From positions 1-64,000 of IMG/VR virus record IMGVR_UViG_3300021478_000023: a stretch of DNA of 64,000 nt; one strand, 5' to 3'. Under the pieces are notes generated by a model, which saw only the letters and a program-made list of their open reading frames with translations, searched no databases and was not told where the DNA came from. Position numbers and translations under genes: made by a program. Below are positions 26,743 to 35,337 of the stretch, one piece after another; positions within the stretch are counted from its first letter, which is position 1, and every line of letters begins with the position of its first letter. This DNA is from a virus.

Positions 26743-28350
26743 GTGGGCTTGCGTGGCATAGGCGCAAAAACCGAAAAGGCGTTAGCCGAGGAATCCGATC
26801 AACAACGCAACTGGTCGCTTCCCTGGAACAAGGCCGGTTTGACCAAAGCGCAAGCGGTGATCGAATTCTGCGAGACGCTTTCGGTAACAAGCGGACCTGA
26901 CTCGCACAAAAAACTGAAACTGCGAAAGTGGCAAAAGGAATTCATCGAAAAGGTCTACACGACCGACAAGCACGGCAAGCGCTCGGTTCGCACGGCGATC
27001 CTAAGCATGGGCCGCAAAAATGGAAAAACTCAAATCGCCGCAGCGCTCGCACTGGCGCATCTAAGCGGACCAGTGTCGGAATTTCGTGGCGAGGTTTATT
27101 CCTGTGCGAATGATCGATTTCAAGCTGGCAAGATTTTTGCGGAAATGGTTGCGCTGATCGACATGCACCCTTGGCTGAGTGCGCGCACCAACATCATTCG
27201 GTTTCGAAAAGAAATTCAGGATCTAGGAAACGGCTCGACCTACGCTGCACTGACCAGCGAAGCAAAAACCAAGATGGGGCTCAATCCCACGTTTGTCGTG
27301 TATGACGAACTCGGACAAGCTACGGGGCGCACGTTATACGATGCTATGGACAGTGCGATGGGGGCGCGCAAGGAACCGTTGTTGTTGGTCATCAGCACAC
27401 AAGCGGCGGACGATTTTGCACCGATGTCGCAACTGATCGACTACGGTGAAAAGATCAACCACAAGCAAGTTTCAGATCCGGCGTTTCATCTAACGCTGTA
27501 CGCTGCGCCTGCGGATGCAAACCCGTGGGTGCGCGACACCTGGGCGAAAGCCAATCCTGCGCTCGCGGATTTTCGTTCGCTTGATGACGTGCGACGGTTG
27601 GCGAAACAAGCGCAGCGCATGCCAGCGCAAGAAAACGCTTTCAGGAATTTGATTCTCAACCAACGCGTAGCGGCAGAGGCGCGGTTTGTGGATCAACGGC
27701 AATGGAACGAGTGCTCGGCGGCCGCGGACATTCCGCAAGGTGCGCGCGTCTACGCCGGGCTAGATCTTGGTTCAACGAAAGACTTGACCGCGCTTGTGAT
27801 CGTGTGGGGCGATACCAAAGGCGCCTATCACGTAAAGCCCTTTTGCTGGTTGCCGGGAAATCCAAAAGAGCGCGGCGACACTGACCGCGCGCCATACGAT
27901 GCGTGGGTGCGCAGCGGCGATTTGATCTCGGCTGGCGAAACTACAGATCCGAAAATGATCGCGTACCGGATCGCGGAAATAAACGGCATCAACAAAATCG
28001 AAATGCTGGCGTTTGATCGCTGGCGCATGGCAGAGGTACAGCGCGAGCTAGACGCAATCGGTTGCCGCGTTTTGCTTGAACCGATGGGGCAAGGCTACAA
28101 GGATATGAGCGCAGCCGTTGATGTTGTTGAACGGCTTGTTGCACAACGAAACCTACGGCACGGCGGCCATCCTGTGCTGGCATGGTGCGCAGCGAATGCC
28201 GTTGTCACGCGTGACGCGGCGGGCAACAGGAAATTCGACAAGGGCCGCAGCAACGGACGCATCGACGCAATCGTTGCGCTTGCGATGGCGCTCAACATGG
28301 CGGTTCACAAGCGCGCCAAGGAAATCGATATCGACGCGATGATTGCGTGA
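26743..28350 (+). CDS. terL: terminase large subunit (HK97/Terminase_1-like)
   Basis: MGRKNGKT Walker A; VYDE Walker B; ISTQ; GLDLGSTKDLTA; RIDAIVALAMA. Confidence 0.95.
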   Translation: MGLRGIGAKTEKALAEESDQQRNWSLPWNKAGLTKAQAVIEFCETLSVTSGPDSHKKLKLRKWQKEFIEKVYTTDKHGKRSVRTAILSMGRKNGKTQIAAALALAHLSGPVSEFRGEVYSCANDRFQAGKIFAEMVALIDMHPWLSARTNIIRFRKEIQDLGNGSTYAALTSEAKTKMGLNPTFVVYDELGQATGRTLYDAMDSAMGARKEPLLLVISTQAADDFAPMSQLIDYGEKINHKQVSDPAFHLTLYAAPADANPWVRDTWAKANPALADFRSLDDVRRLAKQAQRMPAQENAFRNLILNQRVAAEARFVDQRQWNECSAAADIPQGARVYAGLDLGSTKDLTALVIVWGDTKGAYHVKPFCWLPGNPKERGDTDRAPYDAWVRSGDLISAGETTDPKMIAYRIAEINGINKIEMLAFDRWRMAEVQRELDAIGCRVLLEPMGQGYKDMSAAVDVVERLVAQRNLRHGGHPVLAWCAANAVVTRDAAGNRKFDKGRSNGRIDAIVALAMALNMAVHKRAKEIDIDAMIA

Positions 28351-28356
28351 ACAACC

Positions 28357-28446
28357 ATGACGATGTTCGGCTTGGCGTGTGTGGTGATTGTATGCGGGGC
28401 AATCTTCGCACCAATGATCGTCTACCTTGGGCGGTTGGATGACTAG
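28357..28446 (+). CDS. 29-aa single-TM peptide
   Basis: MTMFGLACVVIVCGAIFAPMIVYLGRLDD. Confidence 0.4.
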   Translation: MTMFGLACVVIVCGAIFAPMIVYLGRLDD

Positions 28447-28579
28447 GCGGCGCGCGCCACTTAGCGCATGGGTGTTTCGTGTTGTGATAGGCGCCGCGCT
28501 TGTTCTAGCTTTCGCTGGTTGGCTCTACGCCGGATATATCGGCTGCGGTACGTTTCCGCTTCACACAGGATGCTGAAAA

Positions 28580-28966
28580 ATGGCCGTCCATCCAACAGGC
28601 TCGCAATCCGAAAACGATCAGGCCGCAATGGGCCACACCGTTATCAACAAAACGCCGGACGGATCACCGCTCGATCCCAACACGCCGCCGTGGGCGCAGC
28701 CCGCGCCAACCAACACAACGCCGCCAGCTATCACCGGCACGGCAGCGGTTGGGAATGTGTTGACCTGTAACAAAGGTGTTTGGTCGTTCGCGGCGAGCTA
28801 CGCCTACCAGTGGAAACGTGGCGGCACCAACATTGCTGGCGCTACGTCCGCCACCTACACGGTCGTCACCGCCGACAAGACGTTCGCATTGACGTGCACT
28901 GTGACCGCGACCAACACCAAAGGGTCAACGCCAGTAACAAGCGCTGCAACCGTAGCGGTGCCGTAA
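28580..28966 (+). CDS. Ig-like domain virion protein
   Basis: PAITGTAAVGNVLTC..G.W....YAYQWKR...GATSATYT...TCTVTATN. Confidence 0.8.
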   Translation: MAVHPTGSQSENDQAAMGHTVINKTPDGSPLDPNTPPWAQPAPTNTTPPAITGTAAVGNVLTCNKGVWSFAASYAYQWKRGGTNIAGATSATYTVVTADKTFALTCTVTATNTKGSTPVTSAATVAVP

Positions 28967-29003
28967 ATCTCCAACTCCAACTACAAGCCGAGAGGATCAA
29001 GCC

Positions 29004-29354
29004 ATGCCGTTCTCTTACGTTGAGCCAACAATCGCAGCCGGTGAGTCGTTGTCCGATGGCGTTGATGTATCTGGTGGCACGGTCATTCGCATCACGACGC
29101 CTGGACCCGAGGAATGGGTTAAGGCCAACATGACGTTTCAGGTTTCAAGCGATGGCGTCTACTACAGCGACGCATTCAACGACAAGGGCGAGGAAATCAT
29201 GGTGCCCGGCATTCCGCATTGGTGCACCGTTTTTGTTTCTGGACTGCACCTTGACCACATAGGCCATGTGAAAGTCAGATCCGGCACACGCGCCAATCCG
29301 GTCGTTCAACCAAAAGAATGCAAGATGGCGATCACGCTGCACACTGACGCGTGA
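29004..29354 (+). CDS. beta-rich phage protein, putative head decoration or spike base
   Basis: IAAGESLSD...TFQVSSDG...KVRSGT..NPVVQ; role inferred from position. Confidence 0.6.
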   Translation: MPFSYVEPTIAAGESLSDGVDVSGGTVIRITTPGPEEWVKANMTFQVSSDGVYYSDAFNDKGEEIMVPGIPHWCTVFVSGLHLDHIGHVKVRSGTRANPVVQPKECKMAITLHTDA

Positions 29355-29371
29355 GAGCAAACGCGTGACAC

Positions 29372-30949
29372 ATGGTTGCACCGCTTCGCACCGCGCTCGG
29401 CAACAGCCCGGCAGTAACACTTGCTGCGGCACCAACTGTTGAGATTGCGCCGGGCGACGATGGCCCTACGGTCTGCGAGGAAAATCCTGGCAAGTATGAG
29501 GTTGGCACCGGCAGCAATGCGGTCAACTCCAACCGCGTGATCATCACCGGCTCTGGTGAGATCGATAGTTTCGGCGTTGCGTTTGAAGGACAATGCGGTG
29601 AACTCGGCGAACCGCCGACGATCACCAAACATATCGACTACCAACCTGATCCCGGTCAAACGATCACGGTGCACCATAATCCGCCAGCAATCACGTTGCT
29701 CGGCGGGGTTGATCGCGTCATCGCGACTAGATCGTTTGGCACGGTTTCGTCAGATCCCGATGGCAACTGGACAGAGGAAAGTTTTTCGCGCTCTGACGTG
29801 ACGCCGGACCTAACGCACAGCGGCGGATTGCTATCGATCAACAGCTACACCGCATCAGGACCAATCACGATTCCGCCGTTGGCCACGCGTGCGTGGGTGC
29901 GGATGTGGGGTGCAACAGGCTCTAGCAGTCCAGCAAGCGCAACCGATCCGGTTACATGCTCGGCGGGTGTTGGCAGCGCAGGCTATCTTGAAAAATTCCT
30001 GACCGGGCTGACACCGGGCAATACGTTGACGTTCACGTTTGGCGTTGGCGGCGCAGCGCCAACCTATCCTAATCCCGGCGTCAAAGGCGGCGACACGATA
30101 CTCGCGAGCGGAACGCAACCCATCACCACGCTCACGGCGCACGGGTCAAATGGCACGTCATACGGTGCGGGTGCGGGTAGCTTTGGCGGCAGCGCAACGG
30201 GCGGCGATATCAACAAGACCGGCCAAACTGGCGGCGCAGGCGGCATGGCTCCCGGTGTAGGCGGCGCTTATGGATTGTCACGCGGGCCGGACGGTTCATC
30301 AAACACAACAACAGGAAATCTCGGCACTCCTGGCGGATTGGTCATAGCGTGGTACAACGACGCGCTTCCGCCGCCAGTCGCGACGCCACCCGCAACGCAA
30401 AGCTGGTTCGCACTCATTCCAACACAAGCGCCGATTTCTGGCGGCGGCGGATGGGCAAACTATCAGCTACGCTCGCGCGTCAAATCAGCGCTGTATCTCG
30501 CTGGCGCACCGGCAACCGGCACGAAGATCCGAGTCACGCTCACTGGCGGCGGCACAACAACAAACAGCATCACCAAAGCGTATATCGGTCATTCGAGATC
30601 GCCGTCGCCGAGTTTGGACTTTGATGGGAATCAGGTTCAATTGAAATTCTCTGGCAATGCCAACGCAAACCTTCCGGCTGGTCCGCTTGTTTCTGATATT
30701 TCCGATTTCTTTTTCGACAAGACGCAAGACTTGATCCTTTCGTTTGGGAACGGTAGCGGCACAATGGTTGCCAACGCGAGCGCCGCAGCCGCATTCAACA
30801 GCGGCTATGCTCAAGGGACTGGTTCAAGTGCTGGCAACGATACGGCGGGCTTTAATGTGGCCTACAACAACTACGTTTTCATGATTGTTCTCATCGAGAT
30901 TTTTGGTCCGAACGCACGCGCACTGAAAATAGTCGCCGGACAAGAATAA
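29372..30949 (+). CDS. fibre-like protein with Gly-rich domain
   Basis: SNRVIITGSGEIDSFG fibre-type motif; Gly-rich segment GGSATGGDINKTGQTGG. Confidence 0.7.
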   Translation: MVAPLRTALGNSPAVTLAAAPTVEIAPGDDGPTVCEENPGKYEVGTGSNAVNSNRVIITGSGEIDSFGVAFEGQCGELGEPPTITKHIDYQPDPGQTITVHHNPPAITLLGGVDRVIATRSFGTVSSDPDGNWTEESFSRSDVTPDLTHSGGLLSINSYTASGPITIPPLATRAWVRMWGATGSSSPASATDPVTCSAGVGSAGYLEKFLTGLTPGNTLTFTFGVGGAAPTYPNPGVKGGDTILASGTQPITTLTAHGSNGTSYGAGAGSFGGSATGGDINKTGQTGGAGGMAPGVGGAYGLSRGPDGSSNTTTGNLGTPGGLVIAWYNDALPPPVATPPATQSWFALIPTQAPISGGGGWANYQLRSRVKSALYLAGAPATGTKIRVTLTGGGTTTNSITKAYIGHSRSPSPSLDFDGNQVQLKFSGNANANLPAGPLVSDISDFFFDKTQDLILSFGNGSGTMVANASAAAAFNSGYAQGTGSSAGNDTAGFNVAYNNYVFMIVLIEIFGPNARALKIVAGQE

Positions 30950-30979
30950 ACATTCGTGGCTGCGCAATGGGGGTGACTC

Positions 30980-31189
30980 ATGGCGCTCAACAAGAGATCG
31001 ATAGAACTGCACGGGCAGCAAACAAGTCTAACCGTCGAAGATGAGTTTTGGTCCGCCCTACGGCAGATCGCAGCCGAGCAAAGCATCGGCCTCTATTCGC
31101 TGATCGCCAGAATTGAGCAACACCATCCGCAAGAAAATCTATCGTCAGCGGTGCGCGTGTTCGTGTTGAAGCACTATCAGCAAGGTTAG
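30980..31189 (+). CDS. ribbon-helix-helix (RHH_4) protein
   Basis: KRSIELHGQQTSLTVEDEFWSALRQIA...NLSSAVRVFVL. Confidence 0.88.
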   Translation: MALNKRSIELHGQQTSLTVEDEFWSALRQIAAEQSIGLYSLIARIEQHHPQENLSSAVRVFVLKHYQQG

Positions 31190-31194
31190 GCGCT

Positions 31195-32145
31195 ATGGAC
31201 TGGCAGAACATTCGAGCGCTGGCCGAACACTTGTTGACGCCGCAGCAACGATGGGCGGTGATCAAAGCGCGCGCGCAACGCAATATCGAGAAAGGCCATT
31301 TCATCCAAGATCCGGTCACTGGTTTGCTGGAAGGAAGCGAACCGGGTGGCGGCACTGGCGAGGGTGGCGGCGGCAAGCCGGACGGTGACAAAAAGCCGAG
31401 CGGTGAAGGCAAGGGCAAGCATCCCGGCAAAGGCTACTCGAAAGAGGCGTACATCGATCAACATGGCGTCATTCAAACAAACAACGTCTATGATGCGCAG
31501 CGCGCGTTGTACGAGGACAAAAAGGTTGAGCTAACACAACCAAAAAAAGTCTCGACACTGATCAAGCTACTCGGCAAGAGCGCGGCGGCGATGGAAGCAA
31601 AGGGCAAAGTCGCGCCCGTGTTCAATCTCTGCAACGTGAGCATCAGCGGCACCAACCTGTTTTGCGCGGAATCGAAAGGCATCCCGCGCGTGAAAATGCC
31701 GGTGATCCCGGCCAAGCAAACACAGAAGTTTGTCGATTACCTAAAGGACCAGGGCTACGGGGTAAAGAAAGGCAAGGAATACGCCGCGCATCTGCGCGCG
31801 ACGCAAGATGAGATCAGCGGTGTGAAGGTTGCCGCTGCGATGAAGCGGATCAAGGACAATGGTGGCAAGGTCTACAAGCGCATCATCGTATCGAAAGACA
31901 ATTACATTCTCGACGGTCATCATACCTGGGCTGGCGCGCTCGGCATCGATGCCAAGAACAACAATCTGCATGACGACAAAAGCGTGAAGGTGTTTCGCGT
32001 CAACATTTCGATCACCAAGCTAATCGCGGAAGCGGAAAAGTGGACTGGCGGCAAGGGTAAGAAACCGGCGAGCGAAGCCGCCGACTACATCCCGGTCAGC
32101 AAAGCGTGGGATGACGACCCGCTAGTGTTGGACATGGCCGACTGA
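31195..32145 (+). CDS. ParB/Srx-like domain protein with N-terminal FIQDPxTG motif
   Basis: LRATQDEI...IIVSKDNYILDGHHTW. Confidence 0.8.
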   Translation: MDWQNIRALAEHLLTPQQRWAVIKARAQRNIEKGHFIQDPVTGLLEGSEPGGGTGEGGGGKPDGDKKPSGEGKGKHPGKGYSKEAYIDQHGVIQTNNVYDAQRALYEDKKVELTQPKKVSTLIKLLGKSAAAMEAKGKVAPVFNLCNVSISGTNLFCAESKGIPRVKMPVIPAKQTQKFVDYLKDQGYGVKKGKEYAAHLRATQDEISGVKVAAAMKRIKDNGGKVYKRIIVSKDNYILDGHHTWAGALGIDAKNNNLHDDKSVKVFRVNISITKLIAEAEKWTGGKGKKPASEAADYIPVSKAWDDDPLVLDMAD

Positions 32146-33443
32146 TGCTGACCCAAACCGAACAAGATTTAGTGCGGCGATGGGTGAAACTGCGAACCAA
32201 GTTTGATGAGTCAGAACACCCGCGCGACGAACACGGGCGCTGGACTGATAGCGGCGGCGGTGATGGCGGCGGCGGCAGTACCGCACCAAGCGGCGGCGGC
32301 CCGCTGGTTCTGAGCGAACAGCCCAACCAAGAAAAGATCGAGGTTTGGGAAAAGCAAATTGCTGATCGCCAAAAGGAATTGGAAAAGGAAGGCAAGGCCG
32401 GGGACACTGAGGACGAACAACTAAACCGAATGCAGATTGCTATCAATTCGTACAAGCAAGAGGACAAGGAAACTATCGCCAGTGGAAAGTCGGGGTTCAC
32501 GGCAATCTATCGGCTACCAGAGGATGAAGGCGATCATCGACTAGAAGCCGCAGCGTTCACCTACATCGACAAAAACAACGTCGGCATCATCAAGGATTTT
32601 GGTGCCATAGATCCCGTGGCGCACGCCAAGGCAATCGAGAACATCACCAACCAATTTGGCGATAAGGTCACGCACCTAGAGATCAAACAGTGGAACAACG
32701 ACAAGGAAATTATTGATCCGTTTCTAAAGGCCGGGTTCACGCAACGCGGCGAGCAATACGGCGGCATGGTCACGCTGGTCAAAGCGATGCCGGGCGGAAT
32801 ACGGCTCGGCGCGGAGCACGCACAGAAAATTCTAGGCGCATCGCAAGCGTCGGCCAAGTTGCTTGGTTACGATCCGCAGATGGTTGAGGCCAGCAACGAG
32901 GATCACGAATTTCATGTTGGAAAGGAAACCAAGTCACGCTATGCGGCTGGCCTAGCGTTTTTGAACACGGGAAAGATCATGGTGTTTCCGCGCCAGATCC
33001 CAGACGCTAGTGTTGCGGTCAGCGTCATTGCGCATGAAGTGATGCACCAAAAATATCAGACCGTGCTCAACGCCGTCGAAGCCGAACGCAAGGAAATGAT
33101 GAAAGATCCCGACACGCTACGGGCCATGCGTCCTGACGGTTCGTTGTCGGCACCGCTCGATGCCAAGTATCCGCTCTACTCGCGGTTCGTGAAGCACGAC
33201 AACCAACAAGTCGAGCGCGCCAAGAGCGACGGCATCACGGAATACAGCCGAGCGTATTGGACACAGGCTGCGCCGGGTGTGAGTGACCGAACCGTATCGA
33301 TTCCTGCGGCCAATCACGAAACGCTGGCCGAAATGGCGCGGGTGCTAACTGACACCGGAACGCTGCAAGGTGCGCCCGAGTGGAAAAGCTACTACCGCGA
33401 CGTTGATAAGACCTACAAGGAATTGAAGGCATCTAAGAAATGA
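32145..33443 (+). CDS. zincin-like metallopeptidase protein with N-terminal HPRDxxGRW motif
   Basis: KFDESEHPRDEHGRWT; IAHEVMH...ITEYS...HETLAE; possible degenerate GNAT in the middle. Confidence 0.75.
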   Translation: MLTQTEQDLVRRWVKLRTKFDESEHPRDEHGRWTDSGGGDGGGGSTAPSGGGPLVLSEQPNQEKIEVWEKQIADRQKELEKEGKAGDTEDEQLNRMQIAINSYKQEDKETIASGKSGFTAIYRLPEDEGDHRLEAAAFTYIDKNNVGIIKDFGAIDPVAHAKAIENITNQFGDKVTHLEIKQWNNDKEIIDPFLKAGFTQRGEQYGGMVTLVKAMPGGIRLGAEHAQKILGASQASAKLLGYDPQMVEASNEDHEFHVGKETKSRYAAGLAFLNTGKIMVFPRQIPDASVAVSVIAHEVMHQKYQTVLNAVEAERKEMMKDPDTLRAMRPDGSLSAPLDAKYPLYSRFVKHDNQQVERAKSDGITEYSRAYWTQAAPGVSDRTVSIPAANHETLAEMARVLTDTGTLQGAPEWKSYYRDVDKTYKELKASKK

Positions 33444-35155
33444 TCGAGCGCGTCACCATCGATGGCCGATCAGGTGTTGCTTGTTTCATCGATAGCAAAT
33501 TCAAGCCGGTCGATGAGGCGCAAGCGACTCTCTACAAAATCGTTTTCGATGACGGAGGCCAATTGATCTTGGATGCGCGCCAGGGTGCAGCGCCGCCGCC
33601 GCCACCTAGACGAAAGAAAGACGCTGACGATTTCATTCAAGATCCGACTACTGGTCGGTTGCAAGGTAGGCGACCGGGCAGCGGCGCACTGGACAGTGGC
33701 GGCAACGTCAAGCCGGAATTGCAAGGCGAGATCGCGGCAGGCATTCCGCCACGACCAAAGGAAAAGGGGAAATTCAAGATCGATGATTTCGGCAAGGCGG
33801 GCATCACCTTGGATTCCGGCACCCGCGCCGAACATGACGAAAAGAGCAAAAAGTTTATAGAGCGCTGGAACGACACCGTGCGCGATGCGCCAGAGGATTT
33901 CAAAAACAAATTCCTGGGCGGGCTCGAAGGCACGATGACCATGAGCTACGATGACGATGACGACAAAATCCAAATGACCGGCAACATTTTGGATGAGGAC
34001 GGCAACAAGTTAGGCGAATACAACCGCAAAATTGATTTTGACGACAAGAAAGCCGAGAGTGCGTATTTCAAATTAGAGAATAACGCGCAAGGTCACGGTG
34101 TCGGCAAGCAAATGCTTGCTGGCAACATTGCCACCTATCAACAACTCGGGCTGCACCGTGTAGAGGTTCACGCCAACATCGATATCGGCGGCCACGCCTG
34201 GGCGCGCTACGGCTACGTGCCGATTACAAAGGAAACGGCGACTCAACAGCATGGTTGGCCATCGTTGCGGCGCTACCTCGCAGGCAAGATTGATGACTTG
34301 CAGCACGGCGGCGGCGAGTCGTCGGCGGAAAGTTGGGACGATATGTCATCGAACCAACAAGATCGCATCCGCGACAAGTGGATCGATGAGAACCGTGATG
34401 AGATTGCCAGCGGCGAGGTTGATAACTGGCGCGACCAGGGCGGCGACCTTGCCATAGCCAAGACGCAGATTGCTCAGAGTTTCAATTTCAGTCGCTCAAA
34501 TGCAACGGCAGGATGGGCCAAGGAAGCGCTGGAAGAAACTACCGTCACGGTCAGAGAGGAAGGCCAGGGCGAATTGTTTGGTCAAAAGCCGATTGAGCAC
34601 CAAGTAGATTTGTCTGAGCTAATCGACATCAAGCGATTGATGAAAGCAACAACAATTGGATACGACGACTCCGACGGCGATGGTCGTGGAGATCCGGTCA
34701 TCACGTTTGATGAAAATGAAATACCGGAATTAAACGACGAACAGCGCGACGAAGTTAATCAAGTGCTGGTCGAAGCGTTCAACGAGGAAGCGGACAGCAA
34801 GCGCAGCGATGTTGACCCGCCGTCGTGGCTGGACGATAGCGTGTCTGAATCAGCGGCCGAGTATTTCGACTCGATGCGTGACCGCGACAAATTCAAGTTT
34901 GCGCAAAACAACGACTTGCTACCGACAGGTGAGCGGAGCGAAGGCGGGGAAATGAGCGATGAGGATGCTGACTCGCTGCGCGACTTGATCAACAACGACA
35001 ATCCGAAAGCGCTGTGGGCGGTTGCCGATAGCAAGTGGGGCAAGAAATTGCTGATCGACGCCGACTGGTATGGCGTGCTCGATCTCGCCGACAAGGAAAC
35101 GATGGACCGCTTCAATGCCTACGTCGGGAAAAAGCCGAGCCACGGAACCAGCTAA
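33440..35155 (+). CDS. GNAT acetyltransferase-like protein with FIQDPxTG motif
   Basis: AQGHGVGKQML...VHANIDIGGHAWARYGY; very acidic C-terminal half. Confidence 0.75.
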   Translation: MIERVTIDGRSGVACFIDSKFKPVDEAQATLYKIVFDDGGQLILDARQGAAPPPPPRRKKDADDFIQDPTTGRLQGRRPGSGALDSGGNVKPELQGEIAAGIPPRPKEKGKFKIDDFGKAGITLDSGTRAEHDEKSKKFIERWNDTVRDAPEDFKNKFLGGLEGTMTMSYDDDDDKIQMTGNILDEDGNKLGEYNRKIDFDDKKAESAYFKLENNAQGHGVGKQMLAGNIATYQQLGLHRVEVHANIDIGGHAWARYGYVPITKETATQQHGWPSLRRYLAGKIDDLQHGGGESSAESWDDMSSNQQDRIRDKWIDENRDEIASGEVDNWRDQGGDLAIAKTQIAQSFNFSRSNATAGWAKEALEETTVTVREEGQGELFGQKPIEHQVDLSELIDIKRLMKATTIGYDDSDGDGRGDPVITFDENEIPELNDEQRDEVNQVLVEAFNEEADSKRSDVDPPSWLDDSVSESAAEYFDSMRDRDKFKFAQNNDLLPTGERSEGGEMSDEDADSLRDLINNDNPKALWAVADSKWGKKLLIDADWYGVLDLADKETMDRFNAYVGKKPSHGTS

Positions 35156-35333
35156 AGAGTTGTTTGTTCGCGGCAAGAGCGGGCGGCGCTTTGATGCAAA
35201 TTTGCATAACCCGATTCTTGACGACGGCAACACCGACACGGCCTACGCCGTTAGCCGCACGGTCGCGCTGCGGCTCGGACTGACCAAGGAACAAATCGAC
35301 TCGCTGATGAGCCACGTCAAACCGAAAGGGTGA
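35115..35333 (+). CDS. hypothetical protein (start uncertain)
   Basis: fills the gap before the capsid gene. Confidence 0.45.
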   Translation: MPTSGKSRATEPAKELFVRGKSGRRFDANLHNPILDDGNTDTAYAVSRTVALRLGLTKEQIDSLMSHVKPKG

Positions 35334-35337
35334 CGCA

